A stretch of DNA of 64,000 nucleotides. It comes from Planctomycetota bacterium. GTDB lineage: Bacteria > Planctomycetota > Phycisphaerae > FEN-1346. This document shows positions 48,633 to 58,959 of this stretch, in pieces. The DNA is taken from contig JAUVZF010000012.1 of NCBI GenBank assembly GCA_030602705.1, positions 805 to 64,804 of the forward strand, read 5' to 3'. Numbering within the stretch: the stretch's first letter is position 1; every line of letters begins with the position of its first letter. The notes below the pieces were generated by a model that saw only the letters and a program-made list of their open reading frames with translations, was not told where the DNA came from and made no database searches. The translations under genes were made by a program, and so were the position numbers.

Positions 48633-50987
48633 CTAACTTCGCAACCGCGCTGCGGCGACGTACGCTTGGCCGAGGGCTATGCCACCGTCGCCGGGCGGAA
48701 CGTCGCGGTGACCATACACCTGGAGGCCGTCGGATTCAAGCGCGGGCGCCAGCGTCCGGACGAGTCGGTCGTTGGCGAAGCAGCCGCCCGACAGGGCGAT
48801 TCGCGTCAGTCCCGTTTCGTCCCTCGCCCGCCGCGCGGCCGCAAGCAGCATCGCCGCGACGGTGGCGTGAAACCGGGCGCTGACGGCCTCGGCCCCCCCG
48901 CCCGCCTCGACGTCGGCCACGACGCCGCGTATCAGGGCAGAGGAGTCGATGACCCAGCCCTCGCCCTGGCCGGGGCCGTCGGCCGGCGGGTCGAGCATGG
49001 CGAACTCGTAAGGTGGCGCATCATCCGGTGCGCCGCCGGCCGCCGCCTCGAGTTCCATCGCCGCCCGGCCTTCGTGTGTGTTCTCGGCACAGACGCCCGC
49101 CAGGACGCTGACCGCATCGAACAGTCGTCCCAGGCCGCACGCCCGCGGCGCATTGACGCCGCGCGCCATCATGTCGGTCCACATGGCCCGGTCCTTCGCG
49201 CTTGTCCGGGCGAGGTGCCCGACGCGATGCCGCTCGGCCTGCCCGGCGCCGTACGCCTGGACGAGGTACGCCCAGGCGGTCCGTGCGGGATGCTCGACGG
49301 CGGCGTCGCCGCCCGGGAGAGAAACGTAACTCAGGTGCCCGAGTCTCGTGAAATCCGTTGCCGACGCCCGCAGCACCTCGCCGCCCCAGACGCCGACGTC
49401 GGTTCCATAGCCGGTGCCGTCCATCGCCAGGCCGAGAACTTCGCCTTCCAGGCCGCACTCGGCCATCACGGCGGCGACGTGGGCGTGGTGATGCTGGACG
49501 CCGATGAGGGGAATGCCGGCGTCGGCCGCGCGGCGGCGGGCGTACCGCGTCGAGAGGTAGGCCGGATGCAGGTCGCAGGCGACGGCTGCCGGCGTGATCT
49601 CGAGCAGGCGCTCCAGTTTCTCGATCGTCGCCTCGAAGTACGTGGCCGCCAGGGCGCTGGCCAGGTCGCCGATGTGCTGGCTGACGAACGCCTCGCGGCC
49701 GCGCACCAGGCATACGCAGTTCTTCAACTCCGGCCCGACCGCAAGGACCGGCTCGGGGGCGGCGACCGGCAGGTGCAGCGGCCGCGGCGCGTATCCCCGG
49801 CCGCGACGAAGCATCAGCCCGCGCCCGCGCTGGACGGCCGTCACCGAATCGTCGCAGACGGTGTGGATCGGCCGGTCGTGCAGCAGGTACAGGTCGGCGA
49901 TGCCGGAAAGACGGCGGACGGCCTCATCGTCCTGGCGGCAGATGGGTTCCTCCGACAGGTTGCCGCTCGTCATGACCATCGGCGGGAAATCGTTCTCGAA
50001 CAGAAGGTAGTGGACCGGCGCGTACGGCAGGAGAAAACCGAAGTACGGACTCCTTGGCGCGACCAGCGGCGAGAGGGAGTGGCCGGTGCGCTTCGGCAGC
50101 AGAACGATCGGCCGCTGGATCGATTCGAGCAGCGCCCTTGCCGCGCCGCTCAAGCGAACCTGGCGGGCGACCGCTTCGACCGAGGCGGCCATCATGGCGA
50201 ATGCCTTCCGGTCGCGGCCCTTGCGGCGGCGGAGCGAGCCGACGGCCTCGTCGCTGTGCGCGTCGCAGGCCAGGTGAAAACCGGTCAGCCCTTTGATGGC
50301 GACGATGCGGCCGGCCAGAAGCGCCTTGCGGACCTCGCCGACAGGGTCGGCGCACGCGACGGGCTCGCCCTCGGCATCGTGCAGCGCCAGGTGCGGGCCG
50401 CACACCGGACACGCGTTCGGCTGGGCGTGGAAGCGGCGGTCGGCCGGGTCGTCGTATTCGGCCTGGCACATCGGGCACATGGTGAAACGCCGCATCGTGG
50501 TGTTCGGCCGGTCGTAGGGGATGTCGCGGATGATGGAGTACCGCGGGCCGCAGTTGGTGCAGTTGATGAACGGGTAGCGGAACCGCCGGTCGGCCGGGTC
50601 CATGAGTTCGCGGAGGCAGTCGTGGCAGACGGCCATGTCGGGCGACACGAGGGCGGCGGTCTCGCCCCCCCTACGGGCCGCATGGCCGGCCGATGGTGCA
50701 ATCGAGAAGGCGGTCTGGCGCTCGGGCCGGACCTCGGCGCTCTCGACGGCGGTGATCTCGGCCAGCGGCGGCGGATGGGCCGAGAGGCGCCCGAGGAAGT
50801 CGTCGATGACCGGCGCCGGGCCTTCGAGTTCGATGAGCACGCCCTCGGCATCGTTCAGCACCCAGCCGCCCAGACCGCGCTCGACCGCCAGGCGGTAGAC
50901 GGCGGGCCTGAAACCCACGCCCTGAACGATGCCGCGCACGCGGATGCGCCGCCGGGTCGCCACATCGCCTTGCCTGCCGTCGCTCAC
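48633..50987 (-). CDS. hypF: Carbamoyltransferase HypF
   Basis: Acylphosphatase domain (RRIRVRGIVQGVGFRP). Two CxxC zinc-finger pairs. YrdC and Kae1-like carbamoyltransferase domains. GTG at 50987 with GGAAGG 8 nt upstream. ORF extension to 51074 runs into repeats and is rejected. Confidence 0.8.
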   Translation of the reverse strand: MSDGRQGDVATRRRIRVRGIVQGVGFRPAVYRLAVERGLGGWVLNDAEGVLIELEGPAPVIDDFLGRLSAHPPPLAEITAVESAEVRPERQTAFSIAPSAGHAARRGGETAALVSPDMAVCHDCLRELMDPADRRFRYPFINCTNCGPRYSIIRDIPYDRPNTTMRRFTMCPMCQAEYDDPADRRFHAQPNACPVCGPHLALHDAEGEPVACADPVGEVRKALLAGRIVAIKGLTGFHLACDAHSDEAVGSLRRRKGRDRKAFAMMAASVEAVARQVRLSGAARALLESIQRPIVLLPKRTGHSLSPLVAPRSPYFGFLLPYAPVHYLLFENDFPPMVMTSGNLSEEPICRQDDEAVRRLSGIADLYLLHDRPIHTVCDDSVTAVQRGRGLMLRRGRGYAPRPLHLPVAAPEPVLAVGPELKNCVCLVRGREAFVSQHIGDLASALAATYFEATIEKLERLLEITPAAVACDLHPAYLSTRYARRRAADAGIPLIGVQHHHAHVAAVMAECGLEGEVLGLAMDGTGYGTDVGVWGGEVLRASATDFTRLGHLSYVSLPGGDAAVEHPARTAWAYLVQAYGAGQAERHRVGHLARTSAKDRAMWTDMMARGVNAPRACGLGRLFDAVSVLAGVCAENTHEGRAAMELEAAAGGAPDDAPPYEFAMLDPPADGPGQGEGWVIDSSALIRGVVADVEAGGGAEAVSARFHATVAAMLLAAARRARDETGLTRIALSGGCFANDRLVRTLAPALESDGLQVYGHRDVPPGDGGIALGQAYVAAARLRS

Positions 50988-51049
50988 GCCCGTCTGCCTT
51001 CCCCCCGCCCACGCGCGGGTCGTGTATTCTACGCGAAAGACCGGCCGAA

Positions 51050-51590
51050 AGCCAACCGGCCAGCAGGGTGGCACGGCAGCGGCGAAGCAGCGGCCGTGTG
51101 CCGCGGCGCGTCGAGCAGCACACGGTCACGCTGCGCGTGGCCGTGCCAACCGGCCAGGAGGGTGGCACGGCAGCGGCGAAGCAGCGGCCGTGTGCCGCGG
51201 CGCGTCGAGCAGCCCACGGTCACGCTGCGCGTGGCCGTGCCACCCGGCCAGGAGGGTGGCACGGCAGCGGCGAAGCCGCGGCCGTGGGTCGCGTCGTGTC
51301 GAGTAGCACACGGTCACGCTGCGCGTGGCCGTGCCACCCGTCGTGTCGAGAGCGGCTGCACGGCCCACGGGCCGTGCCACCCGGCCCGGAGGGTGGCACG
51401 GCAGCGGCGAAGCCGCGGCCGTGGGTCGCGTCGTGTCGAGTAGCACACGGTCACGCTGCGCGTGGCCGTGCCGTGGGTCGCGTCGTGTCGAGTAGCACAC
51501 GGTCACGCTGCGCGTGGCCGTGCCACCCGTCGTGCCGCGTGCGGCTGCACGGCCCAAGGGCCGTGCCACCCGGCTAAACACGTACGGGGC
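51050..51590. repeat. Tandem array of REP-like family C units (~94 bp units, 5+ copies, degenerating)
   Basis: Repeated ...ggtggcacggcagcggcgaagcagcggccgtgtgccgcggcgcgtcgagcagcacacggtcacgctgcgcgtggccgtgccaMccggccaggag... Contains palindrome cacgctgcgcgtg and inverted ggtggcacgg/ccgtgccacc. Confidence 0.8.
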
Positions 51591-51823
51591 CGGAGGCCCG
51601 CCGCGTTACAAGGTTTTTACAGTACACCTCGGCGCGGCGCTCGTATTGAAGGTGGAGAATGGAAGGGGGCCTCTGTGCCTGCGCAGCGGCGTCTTGTGGC
51701 GGCCGGTGGCGTGGGCTATAGTAGAGGGTCCGGATGAGGCGGCAGCCGGCCCGCGCGCCGGACGGCGCGGAATTTCCGGGTTTTCGGGAACCCGCACCCG
51801 GCGGCGGAGTCTAAAAGAACAGG

Positions 51824-52429
51824 TTGGACGCATTGGCGCGACGAGCAGCATCCAGGAGCAACCTGACCGACGAGGAACTGGTCGGGCAGGTGCTTGCCGG
51901 AGACGGCGCCATGTTCGGCGAGATCGTCCAGCGCCACGAGGGCCGTCTGTACAACACGATCTATCGGCTCGTGGGCTCGGCCGAGGACGCACGGGACCTG
52001 CTGCAGGACACGTTCGTCAAGGCGTATGAAAACCTGAAGACGTTCCGCGGCGGCAGCAGCCTGTACACGTGGCTGTTCCGGATTGCGGTGAACACATCAC
52101 TGAGCCACCGCCGAAGAAGGAAGTGGGTCCAGATGAGCGCGCCGCCGGGCGACGAGGACAACCCGAACCCCGGCAACGCCGTGGCGGACACGGCGGCGGC
52201 CAACCCGGCCGACCGGCTCATAACGGCCGAAACGGAGGTTCTGGTTCAGGAGGCGATCAACGGCCTCGACGACGAACATCGCACGGTCGTCGTGCTGCGA
52301 GACATCCAGCACTGCGATTACCGCCAGATAGCCGAGATCCTGGAGGTGCCGCCGGGAACCGTGAAGTCGCGGCTGCATCGAGCACGGATGATGCTCAGGG
52401 ACAAACTCCAGCCGCTGCTGGAATGCTGA
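51824..52429 (+). CDS. RNA polymerase sigma-70 factor, ECF subfamily
   Basis: Region 2 (LLQDTFVKAYENLKTF, YTWLFRIAVN) and region 4 HTH (DYRQIAEILEVPPGTVKSRLHRAR). Confidence 0.8.
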   Translation: MDALARRAASRSNLTDEELVGQVLAGDGAMFGEIVQRHEGRLYNTIYRLVGSAEDARDLLQDTFVKAYENLKTFRGGSSLYTWLFRIAVNTSLSHRRRRKWVQMSAPPGDEDNPNPGNAVADTAAANPADRLITAETEVLVQEAINGLDDEHRTVVVLRDIQHCDYRQIAEILEVPPGTVKSRLHRARMMLRDKLQPLLEC

Positions 52430-52471
52430 CAACCGATTGGGCTGCCCCCCTGGGAGATGGAGTAACCAGCC

Positions 52472-54487
52472 ATGTTGTGCGAGCAGGCACGTGAGCATCT
52501 TTCGGCGTACCTGGACAAGGAATTGTCGGCCGACCTGTCGGCCGCCGTCCGGTCGCATCTCGATACGTGTCCCGACTGCCGCAGGCTCTTTGAGGGCCTC
52601 CGCGCCACGGCCGACCTGCTCGCGCGTCTGCCGGTCCGCGCGGCCCCGGAGGGGTTGGCCGGGGACGTGATGCGCGAGATGCAGCGCCGCAGCATCCTTG
52701 GTTCTCCCGAGACGGCGGCGGGCCAACCGCACGAGCGTACGCTGGCCATCCGGCGTGCGCGGTCGTGGCCGCGCGCCCTGGCCGTCGCCGCCACGCTGCT
52801 CCTGGCCGCCGGCATCGGCTTGTTCGCCTACCTTGGCGGCCGCCCCGTCTCGCCGGCGCCGTCGGTCGAACTCGGCCTCCGCAGCCCGGAGAAAACCCCG
52901 GACGCCACCGCCGCGAAGGCCGGTGACAGATTGGCGGTACCGGCCGGCGCGACCGAACTCGCACGCGAGCGAGGTGGTTTCGGCGGCGTCGCCACGGCAA
53001 AGTCCACGCGGAAGAAACTCGCCACGCCCGATTCGGGCGCGGCGGTCACGGGGACGGTGGCCCGGACGGACGAAAAACTTGTAGAGCATGGCGCGGCCAG
53101 GGCGAGATTGAGCGGGCCCGCCATGGTGCAGCAGGTGATGAACTACGTCGCGGAAGGACAGGCCCCCGTCGAGGAACTGAAGGCCGTCGCCACACGCGGC
53201 AACCTCGACTTGGCCGAGAACCAGTTGGTCGTCCGCGCCGCATCACGCGATGAGGCCAACAAGGAACTGGTGGGGCTGTTCGGCGCCAATGGGTGGGAGG
53301 TGCTCCCACAAGAGGAAGCATCGGCGTACCTGCGCGACGGCCGCACGGTGACCGAAGCCGACGGCGATGAGGTGAACGCCTTGGGTGTTGCCGGAACCGC
53401 CGCCCTCGCCCGCAAGAGCGCCCGACGGCGTGCGGCGGCGGGCTGGTACTTCCGGGCCGGCCGCAACGGCGAAGACACGTGGGTCATCCTGACGGACCGC
53501 GATAATCTGTCCCGTTTCGGCGGCCAGTTGGCCCAGGCCCGTGTGATGACCGTGGGGGCGGACTCCAGCAAGCAGTTCCGTGCCATCGAGCGGCTCCAGC
53601 AACAACTGCGGGCGCAGGCCGTCGTGAAAGCCGATGTGTCGGGTCCGGCGGGAGACCGGGCACGCTCCCGGCCGTGGGGCAAGGACGCCGAACGGATGGC
53701 CCGGCAGCGAGGCGACGTCTTCCGGAGCAGTGCCGCCGACGCCGGCAGGGGGGTCAAGCGACCGGCGGAGGGCGGGACACTGGTTGCGAAACCGCCCGTC
53801 ACCCGCACGGACGACGAGCAAGATGCCAGGCGTCCCAAGCCGGCCGATGCTCCGGAAGCCGCAATCCCCGAGACGCCCGCCATCGCGATGCACGAGCGCC
53901 CGCCGACCGGCTGGAAGAAGGCGCCCGCCGGGCCCGCTACCGGTCTGGCTGCCGTGACGCCGGCCAAGCCGAGTGTCTCCACTCCGGTCGAACCGCCCGC
54001 GCCGGCGGCCAAGCCGAGCATCTCCGCTTTGGCCAAGCCGGCCGCGCCGCCGCCCGCGCCGGCGCCCGCGCCGGTGATGAAGGGTAAACCGGCCGCACGC
54101 TGGAGGTTCGAGGAAGAAGATGCGCCCGCCGACACGGCCGTCGTGCTGCGGGGAGCGGACGAGCGCCGCGCCGGGCTGCGCAAGGCCGGCATCCTGAAAG
54201 AGCGGGCAAAGGCGGAAGGCAACGGAAAACGCCGGAGTTTCGCCGGGTACGCCGGGTACAAAGAAGCCGACGAACTCGAGAAGGCCGGCGCCATGAAGCG
54301 CAAACCGGCGAAGCCGACGGTAACCTTCGGCATCGCCGCGGGCGGCCTGAGGCTCCATCGCGTGCTCGTGCTGCCCAAGAACCAGGTCCTGCTGGTCGTG
54401 CGTGTACGGCAGGCTGCCCAGGGTGCCGAGGCCGCCGTCAAGCCGGTGGCGGCGGAAGAAGGGCAACGGTCCGTTGGCGAGAAGTAG
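52472..54487 (+). CDS. Anti-sigma factor (ZAS-type zinc finger) with TM helix and long Ala/Pro-rich extracytoplasmic domain
   Basis: HLDTCPDCRR zinc-binding anti-sigma motif 43 nt after the sigma gene. Single TM (ALAVAATLLLAAGIGLFAYL). ~540-aa periplasmic part. Confidence 0.6.
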   Translation: MLCEQAREHLSAYLDKELSADLSAAVRSHLDTCPDCRRLFEGLRATADLLARLPVRAAPEGLAGDVMREMQRRSILGSPETAAGQPHERTLAIRRARSWPRALAVAATLLLAAGIGLFAYLGGRPVSPAPSVELGLRSPEKTPDATAAKAGDRLAVPAGATELARERGGFGGVATAKSTRKKLATPDSGAAVTGTVARTDEKLVEHGAARARLSGPAMVQQVMNYVAEGQAPVEELKAVATRGNLDLAENQLVVRAASRDEANKELVGLFGANGWEVLPQEEASAYLRDGRTVTEADGDEVNALGVAGTAALARKSARRRAAAGWYFRAGRNGEDTWVILTDRDNLSRFGGQLAQARVMTVGADSSKQFRAIERLQQQLRAQAVVKADVSGPAGDRARSRPWGKDAERMARQRGDVFRSSAADAGRGVKRPAEGGTLVAKPPVTRTDDEQDARRPKPADAPEAAIPETPAIAMHERPPTGWKKAPAGPATGLAAVTPAKPSVSTPVEPPAPAAKPSISALAKPAAPPPAPAPAPVMKGKPAARWRFEEEDAPADTAVVLRGADERRAGLRKAGILKERAKAEGNGKRRSFAGYAGYKEADELEKAGAMKRKPAKPTVTFGIAAGGLRLHRVLVLPKNQVLLVVRVRQAAQGAEAAVKPVAAEEGQRSVGEK

Positions 54488-54754
54488 CCTCCGGACGTAC
54501 CTGTTTAGCGTGCTCTCGAAGCGATGTCATTTCGACCGAGGCCGTACGGCCGAGCGGAGCGCTGTACCCCGAGTGCCCGCAGGAAATCTCGTCGTCCGGA
54601 CACGGATAACGGCGATCCCGGCGCGCCGGGACTCGACTTTTCTTCGCTCGCTCGGAATGACACGCTAAACACCGACCTCCGGACGTTTGCGGCAGCAATC
54701 AGGCCCGGGCCATCCGTGGCGCGGGCCTGCCTGTTTATGCGGAAGCCGCCTCGG

Positions 54755-56404
54755 CTACTTCGGGGCATCGATGCCGAAGAATTGGAGCGCCTCTTTCTTG
54801 GCCTTGACCTGCTGGATGCGGTCTTCGAGGGCGTCGGGCCAGAACGTCTGCTCGAACTTCGTCTTGATTTCTTCGAGTTTTGCGAGTGCCTCGGCGAACT
54901 TCTCCTGCTTTTCGAGGGCGGCGGCCGCTGCCAGCAGGTCGGCCACGGCCTTGGCGGTCTCATCGGGCGGCTTCGGGGGGGGCTTGGGCGGCTCCGGGGG
55001 TGTTATGGCGTCCATCTGGGTTTGCAGTTCCTTGATGGTCGCCGCCAGGTCGATGTGCTTCTTGACAAGTTTCTCCGGGAAGGTGTTCCCGATTTGCATG
55101 TAAGCGGACAGGGCCTCTGCCAGTTTTTTGCTTTCGCGCAGGTCGGCCGCCTGGTCGAGCATGGCGGTCAGTTGCTGCTGCTGTTTCTGCTGTTTGGCGT
55201 ACCGGGCCTGGTCGGCGCGGACTTCTTCCTCCATCTTGTCCACGTCCACGGCGATGTTGGGGGAGGCCAGGAAGGACCGGTCCTCCCTGCCGATGTTCCT
55301 GAAGATCGCCAAGGCGTCTTCGTACTGGTGGTTAGCGGCAAACTGCCTGGCCATGACGAGTCGCCGGCCGAGTTTGTCGAGTCGGGCTTTGCGTTCTTCC
55401 CGTGGTTTGCGTTGGAGGGCTTCGATGCGCACCCGGAGCGACTCATCGCCGGTCTTCTCGAGGATGGTCCTGAGGATGCGGATTGTGCGGGCGTAATCCT
55501 TGGCCTGCTCGGCCTTGTCGGCCTCGGCGAGTTGGTTCTGGAACCACGCGTCGCCGGGTTTCGGCGGCGGGTCGGAGATTTCCGGCGGGGCAGGGGTCGT
55601 GCCGCCCCCGGGCGCCGTGTGGAACCAATTCTCCACGTCGGGAATGAAGAAGTAGCCGAGCACCAGGATGGGCAGCAGTGTACCCCACGTCAGGATGATG
55701 ACGAGCCACAATTTGGGTCGGCCCCGGCGTCCTGCCGCCGCGACGATTCGCGATTTGCGTTCGGCGACAGCGGCAGCGGCGGCAGCGGCCGTCACGGAGG
55801 GTGTCGGCTCCCGCCACGTTGCCGGTCTCAGGGCGGGTTCCGGTGGGGGCGTGGGCGCGGGTGCTGCGACGGGGGCCTCGACCGTCTCTGCGGCCGCCTC
55901 GGCCAGTTTTTCCTCCATCTCGTAGGCGGCCTTATGGAACAGATCTTTCACGAGTTCCGGCGGGATGCCCGGGCGCGGGGCCGCGGGCCTGGCGTTCATG
56001 TTCAACTGGCAACTGGTGCAGAAGGTTTCTTCGGGCTTGGCCTCGGCGAAGCAGTGTGGGCACATGCCGAGATACTTGGCGAGGCGCGGCGCTTCGCCGG
56101 CATACGTCCAGTCGTGGTGGGTGGTCGGGCCGCGAACGATGGAGTCGGCCTTGAGGCGGCCCTTCTCGATCATCTTGATGAGGGTCTCGAACGTCACCCC
56201 GCGGCCGCTCGGGTTCCGCGGGTCGAGGTAATACCAGTCGCCGACGGTCTCCCGGGAGGCCTGGCGGACGGCAAAGGAGAACGACGTGAGGCAGTGCGGA
56301 CAGCGGTCGCTGGACCGTTCGATCACCTGCCCGCAGTAGACGCACGGCGCCTCGTCGCCCTTCCACGCGGGCTGGTCGCTGGATGAATCGTCTGTCTCAG
56401 CCAT
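54755..56404 (-). CDS. Zinc-ribbon / DUF4339(GYF-like) domain membrane protein with long coiled-coil periplasmic region
   Basis: CVYCG...CPHC zinc ribbon, DWYY motif, a second CPHC...CTSC ribbon, TM helix, Lys/Glu/Gln-rich coiled coil, PPKPPPKPP. Confidence 0.5.
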   Translation of the reverse strand: MAETDDSSSDQPAWKGDEAPCVYCGQVIERSSDRCPHCLTSFSFAVRQASRETVGDWYYLDPRNPSGRGVTFETLIKMIEKGRLKADSIVRGPTTHHDWTYAGEAPRLAKYLGMCPHCFAEAKPEETFCTSCQLNMNARPAAPRPGIPPELVKDLFHKAAYEMEEKLAEAAAETVEAPVAAPAPTPPPEPALRPATWREPTPSVTAAAAAAAVAERKSRIVAAAGRRGRPKLWLVIILTWGTLLPILVLGYFFIPDVENWFHTAPGGGTTPAPPEISDPPPKPGDAWFQNQLAEADKAEQAKDYARTIRILRTILEKTGDESLRVRIEALQRKPREERKARLDKLGRRLVMARQFAANHQYEDALAIFRNIGREDRSFLASPNIAVDVDKMEEEVRADQARYAKQQKQQQQLTAMLDQAADLRESKKLAEALSAYMQIGNTFPEKLVKKHIDLAATIKELQTQMDAITPPEPPKPPPKPPDETAKAVADLLAAAAALEKQEKFAEALAKLEEIKTKFEQTFWPDALEDRIQQVKAKKEALQFFGIDAPK

Positions 56405-56559
56405 CTGAGCCCTTGCCGTACATGCCGGCAGCGAGCCGCGGCGGCCGCGGCGGGCCTCGCTGCGCTCAAACGATTATAAAGGCTGCCCCCCGGCCGTGTC
56501 AATCAGCCTTGTATGGGTCCGTGTACCGGATACCTCATCGGCGAAACGGGTCACGGAAA

Positions 56560-56720
56560 TTGCGATTTTTTGGCCCCCGTTTTTTGCTACAGCGTAACTT
56601 GGGCTTTTTTGCCCGCTTGGCGGCCTTCGGCGTGCGCCTGCGTACTGGACCAGGCCGCCAGGAGCCTGTCCCGGGGCCTTTCGCGATTTTTTGGCCCCCG
56701 TTTTTTGCTTTTTGCCAAAA
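56560..56720 (+). promoter_or_regulatory. Upstream region of PEP-CTERM gene with 24-bp direct repeat and TATACT -10-like box
   Basis: attttttggcccccgttttttgct at ~56566 and ~56684. ttgccaaaaaggtggtatactatgg follows. AT-rich relative to flanks. Confidence 0.4.
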
Positions 56721-56913
56721 AGGTGGTATACTATGGATGAGTAAAAGGGGTTGGATCAAAGGCAAAGGGGTTTTGTTCGCACCTTTCTGCTGGATCCCAC
56801 CCGGTTGTCCGTGTGTTTGGCTGTAAGTAGCGCCAGGAGCTTGGTTTACGTGCTGCTGCACGGCCGGGCACGCTTCACGGGGATAGCATGTTGTTTTGAG
56901 AGGAGGGGATGTC

Positions 56914-57621
56914 ATGGTGCGTTCGTTTGCGGGTGGACTCTGTGCTGTGGGGCTGGCGGCTCTGATGACATCGATGGCCTCGGCGGCCACCATCCAGCAA
57001 GTGCTGGCCGACGATTTCGACCCGACGCAAGACAACTACGTGGACTATTTCGGCGGTATGGCCCCGTCGGCGTACATGCTGACATGGGAACCGGATCCCG
57101 CAAACCAGAACAAGGCCCCGTCCGGCCACCGGCCCGGCGGTCCGCCCGATTACGGCCCTGCCGGCGGAAACCCGGACTGGCTGAAATTCGACTACCTTAG
57201 CAACGGCGGCGGCGTGGGGGGTGGCGGCGGCGGCGCCGGCAACTGGCTCAGCACCTTCAAACTCGGCAACGAATATGGCAACGACTGGACGATGGATTTC
57301 TACGTCCTGATCTTCGACGCCGGCTTCGCCGGCGAGGAAATCAACGTGTACCTCATCGGCGAAGACCCTGCTAACCCCGACAACTACAAGATGGCTACGG
57401 TTGAGGCCGGCGACGTTATAACCGGCAAGATGCTCAAGTTCACCATCGATGCGGCCGCCGCAGAGGAGGTGACCGTGCACGTCGAATCGGTCGGCGACGA
57501 AAGTTACGCCGCCGGATTCTTTATGGACAACGAGAACGTCGGTGTGATTCCTGAGCCCGCGACCCTCGCCCTCCTGGCCGCCGGCCTGGCCTGCGTGGTC
57601 GCGCGCCGCCGCCGCCGGTAG
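56914..57621 (+). CDS. PEP-CTERM sorting-domain protein (exosortase substrate)
   Basis: Signal peptide. Gly-rich segment. C-terminal VIPEPATLALLAAGLACVVARRRRR (PEP motif + TM + basic tail). Confidence 0.75.
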   Translation: MVRSFAGGLCAVGLAALMTSMASAATIQQVLADDFDPTQDNYVDYFGGMAPSAYMLTWEPDPANQNKAPSGHRPGGPPDYGPAGGNPDWLKFDYLSNGGGVGGGGGGAGNWLSTFKLGNEYGNDWTMDFYVLIFDAGFAGEEINVYLIGEDPANPDNYKMATVEAGDVITGKMLKFTIDAAAAEEVTVHVESVGDESYAAGFFMDNENVGVIPEPATLALLAAGLACVVARRRRR

Positions 57622-57639
57622 CGCCCGACGCCGATCCGA

Positions 57640-57675
57640 GGAAACGCCAGGGGCGGTCCGCTGGGCCGCCCCTGT
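57640..57675 (+). terminator. Putative intrinsic terminator after PEP-CTERM gene
   Basis: GC hairpin ggggcggtccgctgggccgcccc followed by tgttctatg (weak T-tract). Confidence 0.4.
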
Positions 57676-57877
57676 TCTATGCGCTGCCTGCGCCGCCGCC
57701 TGCACCACCCTGGCCAAGACGCTTGAACTCGCCGAGACGTACCCCTATCAGCCGCAGGTGTTCTGAGCAGGAGCGACGAAGTGTTTCCGAACAAATGTAG
57801 CGCGGGGGTTTATCCCCCGCGAGTTGTTGCGCGGTGGGTCTCCGTACCCACCGCGCACAGCCGTTGGCTCGCCGCCT

Positions 57878-58924
57878 TTACCCATGCGGCAGGATGACGA
57901 CCTTGAGTTGCTTGCCGCCGGGCGTGGACATCAGATGGAAACCTTGCGGCGTTTCCTCAAGCGGCAGGCGGTGGGTGATCATCTCGGCCACCGGTACGCG
58001 GCGTGCGGCAATCAGTTCCAGCGCCACCGACGCATCGTGCGGCGAGTTGCCGTAGGACGGCTTGAGCGTAATGTCGTTACGCCAGAAGTCGTTCAGGGGA
58101 ACCGGCAGCAGCACGCCCGGATCGGTCGTCGCGAAACACAGGACCGTCCCGCCGCGGTCCACCGACGCCAGCGCCTGCTCGAACGCCGCCAGGGCGCCCG
58201 CGCAGACGATCACCAGGTCGGCCGGCCGCCCGAGGGCGTCGCGGACGAACGCCGGCACGTCTTCGCGGGCGTCGCACACGGCGTCGGCCCCGAACCGCTT
58301 CGCAAAGGCCATCCGGTGCGGCGTGATGTCGGTCGCGACGATCCGCCCGGCACCGAGGGCCTTGGCCAGCGCGACGTGCAGCACACCCGAGATGCCCGCC
58401 CCCAGGACCGCCACCGACTGCCCGGGTCTCAGGTTCACCGACCGCTGCCCGCGCACGACGCACGCCAGCGGCTCGGCGAACGAACCCTCATCAAACGTCA
58501 CGCCGTCCGGCAGCGGATAGACGCCCCGGTCCACCTGGAGCGGGGGCACCCGGACGTACTCGCAGAAGCCGCCGGGGTCGAAGTGCGTCGTGTGCAGCGT
58601 CTCGCACGCCGTGTGCTTGCCCGCCAGGCACCAGTGGCACGTGTTGCACGGCACGTGATGGTTGACGGCGATCCGCTGTCCGGTCGCGTATGCCTCGACG
58701 CCTTCGCCGACCTTGACGATCTCGCCGGCCACCTCGTGTCCGAGGACGATCGGGGCCTTCTTCATGCGGTACCACTCCAGGACGTCGGACCCGCAGATGC
58801 CGGAGGCCCGGATCTTCACGAGGAGTTCCCCCGGCCCGATCTCGGGGACCGGCCGCTCCTCGATCCGCACGTCGGCGTTTCGGTAATAGACGGCGGCGCG
58901 TTGCGTTTTGGGGATATCGCTCAT
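57878..58924 (-). CDS. Zinc-dependent alcohol dehydrogenase (MDR family; threonine/sorbitol dehydrogenase-like)
   Basis: GHEVAGEIV catalytic-zinc motif, structural zinc Cys cluster (CNTCHWCLAGKHTAC), GAGISG NAD-binding motif. Confidence 0.8.
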   Translation of the reverse strand: MSDIPKTQRAAVYYRNADVRIEERPVPEIGPGELLVKIRASGICGSDVLEWYRMKKAPIVLGHEVAGEIVKVGEGVEAYATGQRIAVNHHVPCNTCHWCLAGKHTACETLHTTHFDPGGFCEYVRVPPLQVDRGVYPLPDGVTFDEGSFAEPLACVVRGQRSVNLRPGQSVAVLGAGISGVLHVALAKALGAGRIVATDITPHRMAFAKRFGADAVCDAREDVPAFVRDALGRPADLVIVCAGALAAFEQALASVDRGGTVLCFATTDPGVLLPVPLNDFWRNDITLKPSYGNSPHDASVALELIAARRVPVAEMITHRLPLEETPQGFHLMSTPGGKQLKVVILPHG

Positions 58925-58959
58925 GGCCTCACGATGATACCCACGGCCAGGGCGGGGTC

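Noticed and set aside
50988-51074. Upstream extension of hypF to the ATG at 51074 (MPPCWPVGFRPVF...)
   Set aside because: The extension reads into the REP-like repeat array. The GTG at 50987 has a GGAAGG RBS and starts exactly at the acylphosphatase domain.
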